A DNA stretch of 40,980 bases from Candidatus Sulfopaludibacter sp. SbA3 (GTDB lineage: Bacteria > Acidobacteriota > Terriglobia > 2-12-FULL-54-10), in NCBI GenBank assembly GCA_945865705.1, contig CAMBEY010000002.1, positions 1-40,980 on the forward strand, written 5' to 3'. Under the pieces are notes generated by a model, which made no database searches, had not been told where the DNA came from, and saw nothing but the letters and a program-made list of their open reading frames with translations. Below, piece after piece: positions 27,276 to 35,700 of this stretch. Both the position numbers and the translations under genes were made by a program. Each line of letters starts with the position of its first letter. The first letter of the stretch is position 1.

Positions 27276-27291
27276 TGTTCCACGTGGAACA
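27276..27291. promoter_or_regulatory. parS: parS centromere-like site 2
   Basis: Second perfect TGTTCCACGTGGAACA. Including 2-nt flanks (27274-27293), it is the exact reverse complement of 27168-27187. Confidence 0.9.
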
Positions 27292-27318
27292 TTTTGGCGG
27301 ATTTGCCTTTACACCGCT

Positions 27319-27327
27319 TGCTATGAT
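27319..27327 (+). promoter_or_regulatory. Extended -10 element TGCTATGAT upstream of parA
   Basis: About 32 nt upstream of ATG 27359. parS site 2 occupies roughly the -35 region. Confidence 0.4.
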
Positions 27328-27358
27328 TTGGTAGCTTGTTCATTCGTCGTATCGCCTG

Positions 27359-28171
27359 ATGGGGAAAGTTAATTTGGCCAGAATAATTGCGGTTGCCAAT
27401 CAGAAAGGCGGAGTCGGGAAGACAACTACCGCTGTAAATTTGGCGGCGTCCCTAGCGGCAGCCGAGATTCGTGTTCTGCTCATTGATTGTGATGCCCAAG
27501 CCAATGCCACGGCCAGCTTGGGATTCCCGCGTGATGCCGAACGTCCATCGTTATTCAACGCACTATTTCCGGAAGAAAATGATCGCGAAGGCCTTGCCGG
27601 AGTTACCCACGCGACATGTTTAGATGGCCTATACCTTGTCCCTTCGGACCGGAATTTGGTGGGTGCCGATTTCGAACTTTACGGCCTGGAAAACCGAGAA
27701 TTCCGCCTGCACGCTCTCCTGGAACCGGTTCGAGATCAATTTGAATACATCATTCTAGATTGTCCACCTGCGCTTACTCTATTGACGATAAATGCTTTAG
27801 CGGCAGCTGATTCACTCCTTGTGCCGATCCAGTGTGAGTACCTATCCCTCGAGGGCATTTCCGCACTGATAGAAACTATGGATCGTGTACGCGCGGGATT
27901 GAATCCCAATCTGGAACTGGAAGGTATTCTGCTGACAATGTTTGATGAGCGCACCACGCTAACCAAGCAGGTTGCAACGGAGTTACGCGACCATTTCCCC
28001 GAAAAGGTTTTCGAAACGGTGATCCCGCGCAACGTGCGTCTGGCGGAGGCTCCTAGTCATGGGCAGCCGGTCCTGCTATACGACGTCCGATCCAGGGGCG
28101 CGGAAGCGTATATTCAGCTAGCCAAGGAACTAATAAAAAGGGTAGTAACTGATAAGGTTCACACGGCGTAG
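27359..28171 (+). CDS. parA: Chromosome partitioning ATPase ParA/Soj
   Basis: Deviant Walker A IIAVANQKGGVGKTTTAVNL. ILDCPPAL. Conserved C-terminal VIPRNVRLAEAPSHGQPVLLYD. Confidence 0.95.
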   Translation: MGKVNLARIIAVANQKGGVGKTTTAVNLAASLAAAEIRVLLIDCDAQANATASLGFPRDAERPSLFNALFPEENDREGLAGVTHATCLDGLYLVPSDRNLVGADFELYGLENREFRLHALLEPVRDQFEYIILDCPPALTLLTINALAAADSLLVPIQCEYLSLEGISALIETMDRVRAGLNPNLELEGILLTMFDERTTLTKQVATELRDHFPEKVFETVIPRNVRLAEAPSHGQPVLLYDVRSRGAEAYIQLAKELIKRVVTDKVHTA

Positions 28172-28258
28172 TACGAGTCAATCGTTCAGTCTATCGACGC
28201 CATTGACCAATTTATTAGCTGTTTTTTCAGGAAAGTGATTGGAATGGAGGATTAGAAG

Positions 28259-29188
28259 ATGGAACCGAATCAACCGCCGCAGGCAAAGCCACCCGTAACC
28301 TCAATTACCATGCGTAGAGGTCTCGGGAGAGGCTTGGATGCCTTGCTACCCTCCTCTGGACCAGTGAGCCTCTCCTCGGATGCGATCAGGCAGATTCCCG
28401 TAGCCTCCATCACCCCCAACCCCTTCCAGCCGCGTACAGTCTTTAAGACCGATCGCCTGCGCGAACTTGCTGACAGCATCAGGGTTCATGGAGTCATGCA
28501 ACCGATTGTCGTCCGCAAGGACGGGGACCGCTACATGCTGATCGCCGGAGAGCGCCGCTGGCGAGCAAGCACGCTGGCGGGGCAGGTGAATGTGCCTGCA
28601 ATTGTTCGCGATGTCCCTAATAATCAAGTGCTTGAGCTGACTCTAATCGAAAATATTCAGCGCGAAGACCTGAATCCTATTGAAACGGCGGAGGCTTTTC
28701 AGCGCTTGGCTACGGAGACCAATCTAACTCACGACCAAATCGCCGAACGCACCGGAAAAGATCGAACAACTGTTACTAACTTATTGCGATTATTGAAGTT
28801 ACCAAGCGAAGTCAGGTCTAGGATCGTAGCCGGAGAGATCAGCCTTGGCCATGCCAAGGTGCTGCTTGGGCTAGCTTCGGAAGCGGTACAGAAGACGCTG
28901 TCCGCGCGCATTGTCGCTCAAGGGTTGTCGGTCCGGCAACTGGAAGAGATCGCCAAGACCGAGGCTGGTCGTTCGACCCGGGCAGGGAAGAACTCATCCG
29001 AAGGCGAGGCGCCGAAAGAGTCAACGGTTGACCCAAATATCCGTGCGGCCATTACGGAAATTGAGCGGGCGCTCGGAGCCCGCGTCCACCTGAAAGGCAA
29101 TAACAAGCGCGGGAGGATACTGATCGAATACAACTCCGCCGAGGAGCTGGACCGTATCTACGGGCGAATCGTTGGGCGTAAGCAATAG
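28259..29188 (+). CDS. parB: Chromosome partitioning protein ParB/Spo0J
   Basis: ParB box LIAGERRWRAS, the NPFQPR motif, the HTH region LTHDQIAERTGKDRTTVTNLLRLLKL, and C-terminal RILIEYNSAEELDRI. Confidence 0.95.
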   Translation: MEPNQPPQAKPPVTSITMRRGLGRGLDALLPSSGPVSLSSDAIRQIPVASITPNPFQPRTVFKTDRLRELADSIRVHGVMQPIVVRKDGDRYMLIAGERRWRASTLAGQVNVPAIVRDVPNNQVLELTLIENIQREDLNPIETAEAFQRLATETNLTHDQIAERTGKDRTTVTNLLRLLKLPSEVRSRIVAGEISLGHAKVLLGLASEAVQKTLSARIVAQGLSVRQLEEIAKTEAGRSTRAGKNSSEGEAPKESTVDPNIRAAITEIERALGARVHLKGNNKRGRILIEYNSAEELDRIYGRIVGRKQ

Positions 29189-29236
29189 ACGGGGGCGCAA
29201 GCAATAGTGATGGCTGGAAGAAGGAGCGGCGGCGCC

Positions 29237-29662
29237 ATGAAATCAAAATGGCAGAAGGCGGCCAAGTCAGGCGATGTCGAGGCACTGGGGCGGCTTCTTC
29301 AGGACTCCATCCCCTCCGAAATCTCCCCCGGCGCATCCGCCAAGTCGCTGCTCGATTCCTTAGACAAACATGGGCAGACGGCCTTGATGATCGCGGCAAT
29401 GCATGGGCGCGCCGCCGCCGCGCACTTGCTGATAGAGCAGAGAGCGGAACTAAATCACACGGCGAAATTTGGCCTGAGCGCGTTGATGCTCGCGGTGATC
29501 AACAATCACGCGGAGATCGTGCGCATGCTAGTGGAGGCGGGCGCCGATCTGCAAATACGCGGTTCCGGCGCTCCTGGTTTTTTTCAAAAGACTGCGTTGG
29601 ATTTGGCCGAGGGCGCGGGTCGCGAAGAACTCTGCACGATTCTGCGACAGGGTATCACTTAG
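29237..29662 (+). CDS. Ankyrin-repeat protein
   Basis: Repeats of the type HGQTALMIAAMHGRAAAAHLLIEQRAELN and GLSALMLAVINNHAEIVRMLVEAGADL. AAGGAG at 29221-29226 precedes ATG 29237 (ATG 29210 is also possible). Lies 20-50 nt downstream of parB on the same strand. Confidence 0.8.
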   Translation: MKSKWQKAAKSGDVEALGRLLQDSIPSEISPGASAKSLLDSLDKHGQTALMIAAMHGRAAAAHLLIEQRAELNHTAKFGLSALMLAVINNHAEIVRMLVEAGADLQIRGSGAPGFFQKTALDLAEGAGREELCTILRQGIT

Positions 29663-30005
29663 TCGTTTCGGAAATCAGAAAGCGCAGTGCGAGATTCACG
29701 ATGCTTAGCAGCAGCGCGCCGAAAAAGGCCGAGAGGAAGCTGTGAATCTCGAAGCCGGGCGTCAGCCAAGAAGCGAGATAAAGCATCGTGCCATTGATGA
29801 CGAACCAGAATAGGCCCAGCGTCAGCAGCGTAATGGGGAAGGTAATGATCTTGACGAGGAAGCCGAGAGTCCCATTCACCAGTCCGATGACTACCGCGGC
29901 AAGGAGTGCGGCGAAGAAGCCGCCAACCACAAAGCCTGGCATGAAGTGCGCCACAGCGAGCAACGCCAGTGCGCTGAGCAGCCAATTAAGAAGCATCTTG
30001 CGCAT
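29655..30005 (-). CDS. DUF360 / phage-holin-4_2-family membrane protein
   Basis: Start trimmed to MRKMLLNWLLSALALLAVAHFMPGF, with AAGGA 8 nt upstream. Four hydrophobic segments typical of the YvlD-like family. Confidence 0.75.
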   Translation of the reverse strand: MRKMLLNWLLSALALLAVAHFMPGFVVGGFFAALLAAVVIGLVNGTLGFLVKIITFPITLLTLGLFWFVINGTMLYLASWLTPGFEIHSFLSAFFGALLLSIVNLALRFLISETTK

Positions 30006-30086
30006 CGAGTAATTCCTTTCGCGGTAGCTCCAGTCTAGCGCAATAATGGACGAAAGGAAGCCTGCTGTGATTGACTGGAGATTAAG

Positions 30087-30120
30087 CCAATGAACGAGAG
30101 ACCCCAATGAACGAGAGACC
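30087..30120 (+). repeat. Perfect 17-bp tandem duplication spanning a start codon
   Basis: CCAATGAACGAGAGACC at 30087-30103 is repeated exactly at 30104-30120. Confidence 0.95.
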
Positions 30121-30394
30121 CAAGAGTAGTCCTAATGATCGGGCGCATCAAAAACCAGTGTCCGTTTTCACGGCGCAGGATGAGATGGAAGCCAGCATGA
30201 TCAAGCAACTGCTGAACAGTTGTGGAATCGAGTGCGTGGTGCAAGGGCGGGTGACGGCAGGCCTCTACCCGGTTTCCATCGGAGGCCTGGGCAAGCGGGA
30301 AATCCTGGTGCTGGAAGAAGACGTTGAGGATGCCAGAGAGTTCTTATCTGAGTGGAATAGCTCACGCGATGAGCCTGTGGAAGACAACGGTTAA
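30107..30394 (+). CDS. DUF2007-like small protein (putative signal-transducing fold)
   Basis: 95 aa. VFTAQDEMEASMIKQLLNSCGIECVVQG ... ILVLEEDVEDAREFL matches the DUF2007 pattern. Confidence 0.65.
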   Translation: MNERPKSSPNDRAHQKPVSVFTAQDEMEASMIKQLLNSCGIECVVQGRVTAGLYPVSIGGLGKREILVLEEDVEDAREFLSEWNSSRDEPVEDNG

Positions 30395-30537
30395 AACATA
30401 GGGTTAAGACAACGGTTAAGATTGTGGACAGCATCCCAATAGTTGGACATCAGGCGAACCAGATTGCCCGATCGCATTCAGGGTCCCCCCGGACGAACGA
30501 TTATCGAGATCATCATTTTCAGTAAGCGAGGTGCGCA

Positions 30538-30879
30538 ATGAAAAAACTGTCGGGGATCAGACTGGCGATGCTGGTGTTCGCTGTGTTATTCACTGTGGGA
30601 TGCGAGAAGGCCACGATTGCGGACATATTGGCCGATCCCTCCAAGTACAAAGACAAGAAAGTTGGAGTGGTGGGAACCGTTACCACATCATTCGGCGTAT
30701 TGAATATGGGCGGCTATGAGATCGAAGACAGCACGGGGCGCATCTACGTGATCTCCACCAAAGGGGTTCCGGGCAAGGGACAGCAGGTGGCGGTTGAGGG
30801 AACGGTCTTCACAGGCGCCATGGTAATGGGGCAGGCGGTCGGCGTAGCCATTCGCGAGACGCGGCATCGCGTGCGGTAA
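30538..30879 (+). CDS. Small probable lipoprotein, unknown function
   Basis: GAGGTG lies 6 nt before the ATG. Signal peptide with a lipobox-like FTVGC. The beta-rich mature part is OB-fold-like by eye only. Confidence 0.65.
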   Translation: MKKLSGIRLAMLVFAVLFTVGCEKATIADILADPSKYKDKKVGVVGTVTTSFGVLNMGGYEIEDSTGRIYVISTKGVPGKGQQVAVEGTVFTGAMVMGQAVGVAIRETRHRVR

Positions 30880-30906
30880 CGTGGCCCCGCGATTTGGCTC
30901 GGTGAA

Positions 30907-30915
30907 TGCTATAAT
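30907..30915 (+). promoter_or_regulatory. Extended -10 element TGCTATAAT upstream of sodC paralog 1
   Basis: Perfect TGn+TATAAT, 35 nt upstream of ATG 30950. Confidence 0.5.
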
Positions 30916-30949
30916 CAATAACCATTCTTAGTTGTAAAGGACTTTCAAC

Positions 30950-31549
30950 ATGCAAAAGTGGCTCCATGTCGCCGGGGCAGCAACGCTACTCTCTTTCTCC
31001 GTGGCGTGCAGTCAGAGTCGGCAACAGAGTTCTGAACAATCAAACCAATCGACTCCGACCGAGCAAGCAGTTTCGGCAGCAAAGGAAGCCGAGCAGGAGA
31101 TGGAGGGATTCGCCATTGCCTTGGCGCCCACCAAAGACAACATTGCAACCGGTACCGTCATGCTCATGTCCATGGGCGACGGAGTCCACTTTTCTGGAAT
31201 CATCTCGGGGCTTACGCCTGGTCCGCACGGGCTGCACGTTCATGTAAATGGCGATTGCAGTGCGCCGGACGCGTCGAGCGCAGGAGGGCATTTCAATCCC
31301 GATAATGCCGCACACGGAGCACCCAACGCGACCCCTCATCAAGCCGGGGATCTCGGCAATATCATTGCGGGTGCGGATGGCCGGGCGGAGATTAACATTC
31401 ATGCCAATGGCGTTTCGCTCGACAAGGGGAATTACTCAATCAGCGGGCGCGCGCTGATTGTACACACCGATGCAGATGACCTAACCACGCAGCCTACGGG
31501 CAACGCTGGAGCGCGGCTGGCTTGTGGCGTGATCAAGGCCGCGAATTAG
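30950..31549 (+). CDS. sodC: Cu/Zn superoxide dismutase, paralog 1 (probable lipoprotein with long Q/S/E-rich linker)
   Basis: HGLHVHVNGDCS, GGHFNP, HGAP..HQAGDLGNI, LIVHTDADDLTTQPTGNAGARLACGVI. N-terminal ...FSVAC lipobox-like. Confidence 0.93.
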   Translation: MQKWLHVAGAATLLSFSVACSQSRQQSSEQSNQSTPTEQAVSAAKEAEQEMEGFAIALAPTKDNIATGTVMLMSMGDGVHFSGIISGLTPGPHGLHVHVNGDCSAPDASSAGGHFNPDNAAHGAPNATPHQAGDLGNIIAGADGRAEINIHANGVSLDKGNYSISGRALIVHTDADDLTTQPTGNAGARLACGVIKAAN

Positions 31550-31645
31550 AAGGTAGAAATTAAGGCGCAATAGAGATAACCAGATGTAAGTACTTCAGAT
31601 GTAAGAACGATGGTTCGTTTAACAAACTTTCAGGAGGGGAAAATC

Positions 31646-32143
31646 ATGTTTCGTAAAGCTTGTTTGGGAGTGGCCTTGATGGTATTCGCCGCCGCTGGTC
31701 TGCGTGCGCAGAGCAGTATCGAGCTGAAGCCGACGCAGGGCAGCACCGTGAGCGGGACGTTGTCAGTAGCGACGATGGGGAAGGGAGTTCACTTCACCGG
31801 TACGATCAGCGGGCTCGCGCCGGGAAAGCACGGATTCCACATTCACGAAAAGGGCGACTGCAGCGCACCGGACGGCACCAGCGCGGGTGGGCATTTCAAT
31901 CCCGACACGAAGCCTCACGGCGCTCCGGATGCCGCGGAGCATCATGCGGGCGACCTCGGTAATATTGAGGCCGCAGCCGATGGCACGGTGAAGGTCAACA
32001 TGCACGTGAATGGCTTGACGCTTGGCACGGAAACGAACTCAGCCAAAGGCAAAGCCATCATCATCCATGCTGGCGTTGATGATTTCACGACACAGCCAAC
32101 GGGCAATGCCGGCGCGCGCCAGGCTTGTGGCGTCGTAATGTAA
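31646..32143 (+). CDS. sodC: Cu/Zn superoxide dismutase, paralog 2 (signal peptide)
   Basis: CAGGAGGGG precedes ATG 31646. HGFHIHEKGDCS, GGHFNP, HHAGDLGNI, IIIHAGVDDFTTQPTGNAGARQACGVV. Confidence 0.93.
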   Translation: MFRKACLGVALMVFAAAGLRAQSSIELKPTQGSTVSGTLSVATMGKGVHFTGTISGLAPGKHGFHIHEKGDCSAPDGTSAGGHFNPDTKPHGAPDAAEHHAGDLGNIEAAADGTVKVNMHVNGLTLGTETNSAKGKAIIIHAGVDDFTTQPTGNAGARQACGVVM

Positions 32144-32173
32144 ATGCCAGGCAAGAAATTATTGTAATTTCGG

Positions 32174-32203
32174 TCTTGAACTAGTGTTGAACTGTGTTGA
32201 ACC
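32174..32203 (+). repeat. 10-bp tandem repeat x3 (GTGTTGAAC-like) abutting a terminator
   Basis: TCTTGAACTA GTGTTGAACT GTGTTGAACC. Confidence 0.85.
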
Positions 32204-32245
32204 AGGGGAGCGGATCAGTCTGACCGCTCCCCTGGTTTATTTTTG
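32200..32245 (+). terminator. Strong intrinsic terminator after sodC paralog 2
   Basis: Perfect 14-bp stem AACCAGGGGAGCGG / CCGCTCCCCTGGTT with a 10-nt loop, then TATTTTT. Confidence 0.9.
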
Positions 32246-32728
32246 AATCGGCAAGGCATTTTCTAGAAACGTGCACCTAAAATCCAATTGAAGTTATTTC
32301 TGCCATCCGATGTCCTCACAATATCCTCTTCTTCTGTGAACTAGTCCATCCTTCGGTGGTCGCGCGGGGTCCGGCACCGCCGCCTCCCAATGCTCCAATT
32401 GTATGAACCATCGGAGTTACCCATCGTGGGTACGATATTGAATAGTTTGGCTCAAACCCGAGCTAAAACTTTATCAGTTACCCCGCCAGCATGGGGCCGA
32501 TTTGAGTAGCCCGCGCCTACGGCCATTAACGCAAAATATTGTGTTCATTTTGGTATATTCCACCTTATACTGTACCCTCATCGGAAATCTGAGGCTGCAG
32601 GCAGACCGCTTGAGCGGCAGTTGGGGCCGTCAATATGTAGCAAGCTGTTTAGATTCATTTGGTTACCGTATATATTCGTGGCCTGCGAGATGAGATCAGG
32701 ATTTCGAGAAACACTTCCGAGGTGAGTC

Positions 32729-35700
32729 GTGCTGAAGCTCCAAAAAGTTGAAATGCTTGGGTTTAAGTCGTTTGCCGACGCCACCCAGATCGAATTCCAT
32801 GGCGCCGGTGTGGCCGCCGTGGTGGGACCGAACGGCTGCGGGAAAAGCAACATCGCGGATGCCATCCACTGGGTGCTGGGCGAGCAATCTGTGAAAACCC
32901 TGCGCAGCTCCAAAATGCAGGACGTGCTATTCAGCGGCACCCCGCAGCGTCGCGCAACTGGCCTGGCGGAGGTCAAGCTGACCTTGGTGGACCCGGAAGC
33001 CAGAGCCTTGGCTGAGACTTTGCCGATGATCGCTCCTGCGGCCAAGCAGCAACCAGAAGATGCGGAACTGGCGGAGGAATCTTCGTCCGCCAACGAGCAA
33101 GTGGCCAAACTGAAAACGGATGGAGTCATCTCCGTTGCGCGCAGACTGTTCGCTTCAGGTGAAAGCGAATACCTGATGAACGACCGTATCTGCCGCCTGC
33201 GCGACATTCAGGAACTGTTCCTCGGCACCGGATTGGGCCCGGACTCCTACGCGATCATCGAGCAGGGCCGCATCGGACAAATCCTAAGCGCGAAGCCTTA
33301 CGAGCGCCGCGGGCTGATTGAAGAAGCCGCCGGCATCACCAAATTCAAAGCCAAGCGAAAGCTGGCTTGGGCCAAGCTGGAATCTTCGAAACAGAATCTG
33401 GCGCGTGTCAGCGACATTCTCGAAGAAGTCGGCAAGCAAGTGAACTCGTTGCAGCGTCAGGCAGCGAAGGCTCGCCGGTACAAGGAATTATTCGAGCAGG
33501 TACGAGTCCAACTGCGTGGCATTCTGTTCAGCAAGCAACGCCAGAAAGATGAAGAGGCCAGCGGACTGGCCATCGAACTTGGGGCACTGCGGCGAGCGGT
33601 CGAAGACCAGGCCGCACAAATAGGGGTCCAGGAGCGCACTCAGCAGGAATCACACGCCACGCTCGATCAACGGCAGAGTGAATTGCGCGATGCGACGGAG
33701 CAGCGCTCCAGCCTGCTGCTTGCCGCCGAGCGTGCGCGCGGACAGGTGGCCAGTCAGCTTCAGCAGTTGCAATTCCTGACCCGCCGCATTGAGGAAGCTG
33801 CCGCGGAAGACACCCAGTTGCAGACACGCTTGGAAGTATTGCAAACGGAGCGGGCGGAGTGTGCCACGTTGCTGGCTGGTATTGAGGCCGAGCGTGATTC
33901 GTTGCTGGCACGGTTGCAGGACTGGGAGCGGCGCGCGCGTGAATGCCAGAGCGAACTGCAACAGGGGACGACCCGTCTGGAGCAGATTCGCATCGAGATG
34001 CTGAACGCCGTCGGCGAGTGTGCCACGCTGCGCAATCAAGTTTCCCAGATCGAACAATTCCTCGCGCAGACCAGTCGGCAGACGGCGCACGCGGAAAAAC
34101 AGGCTGCCGAGCTGGAGTCGTTGCGCGAGGCCGCCGATGGGCGTCGCCGCGACACGGACGAGCGCGTGGGCCTGCAAAAACTGGAACGCGAAAATTTGTC
34201 CAGCCGCCAGCGGGAGCTGGAAGGAACACTTCGCGCGCAGAGGGAACTGGAATCCCAGACACGCGCGGAACTGGAGCGTTCACGCACGGAGCTGGCCAGC
34301 GAGCGGGCCCGGCTCATTTCACTCAAAGAGATTCTTGACCGGCACTCCTACGCCACGGAAACTGTGCAGCGCCTGTTCGAGCTTAAGTCGGTAGAGGATG
34401 CGGGACGCGGAAAACTGGAGTCATCCGGCGTGCTCGCTGATTTCCTGGAAGTCGAACCGGCATACGAACGCGTGGTGGAGGAGTTTCTCCGTGAGGAGCT
34501 GGATTACGTTGTCGTCAGTAACTGGGATTCAGCGGAGCGCGGATTGCAGTTGCTCAAAAATGAAGTTCCCGGTAGAGCGGCGTTCATTTTACACGACCAG
34601 CAAATTGACTCCACTGCCGGATTGCAGAGCGCATTAGCTCCCGAGACGCCAGGAATTCTGCGGCCACTGGCCAGTTGTGTCCGCTTCCTCAATGGGTTTT
34701 CCAGCGCACCGGCCGGATTGCTGCCCAAACTTAACAATTGTTATTTGGTGAGCGATGCCGAAGCTGGGCGCACCCTGGCAGCGAAGCATCCCGAGAAGTT
34801 TTTTCTGACGGGCGAAGGCATCTGGTTCCAGGGCGCCATGGTGTCCGCCGGCAAGACGGATAGCCAAGGCCCGCTCGCGCTGAAGCGCGAGATGCGCAGC
34901 CTGGAACGTGAAGTGGAATTGCACGTGGAAACGGAAGCTCAACTCACCGTTTCACTGAAGGAAACGACGGAGATCATCGGACGCACGCAAACTGAGTTGA
35001 ATGAAGTGGGAATCAGGGAGCGCGAGAGTGAGCGGGTGCTCATGCACGCGGAGCGCGATCTGCGCGAGGCGGCAGAGGAAGAGGCTCGCGTTGCCGGTCG
35101 CAGTGATCTGATCGCGTTGGAATTGGATCGTCTGCGCGCAGAGACTAAAAGTGCGCAAGAGCAGTTGGCTCAGGACACGCAAAGCATCGCCGCCAAGGAA
35201 AAGGCCCGGTTAGAGCTGGAGGAAGAAAACACCACGATCATGGCCGCGACTACGCAACTTCGGCAACAGGTGGAAGAGGCGCGCGCCGTGGAGGGAGATC
35301 TACGGGGACGGCTGGCAGCACTTGAGGAGCGTCGTCGAGCCAGCGCAAGTTCGGTGTCTCGTTTGGATCAGACGCTGCGGGAAGTTTCCGGGCGCCGCAC
35401 CGAGATCAGCCAACAGACCGGGGAGTGGGGTACGCAGCGAGTAAATACCGAGGAAAACAATCGACGCCTGGAGGAAGAAATCACCCAGGCCGCCGAGCGA
35501 TGTGAAATTCTCTCGCGCCACATCGAAGAGTTGCACACAACCAGCGCTCAGTTGCGTGAGCAGCTAGCCGCGCTCGATCAGCATTTGCATCAAACGCGAC
35601 TGGAGTTGGAGATTGTCCGCGAAAAACGCAGCGGGGCCGAAGTGCAGATGGCCCGGCTGCAATCCGAGCTCGATCACTTGCGCGAGACCTGCCGCATCGA

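Noticed and set aside
25900-32700. Apparently lower GC between about 25.9-32.7 kb and again at 36.5-41 kb, as a possible genomic island
   Set aside because: The segment contains core genes (parA, parB, sodC) and has no integrase, transposase, tRNA or direct-repeat borders. GC was judged by eye only. A sliding-window GC/GC3 calculation is needed before any claim.
32578-33207. 209-aa minus-strand ORF overlapping the smc 5' end
   Set aside because: It is antisense to the highly conserved SMC head domain, and no motifs or start signals are visible.
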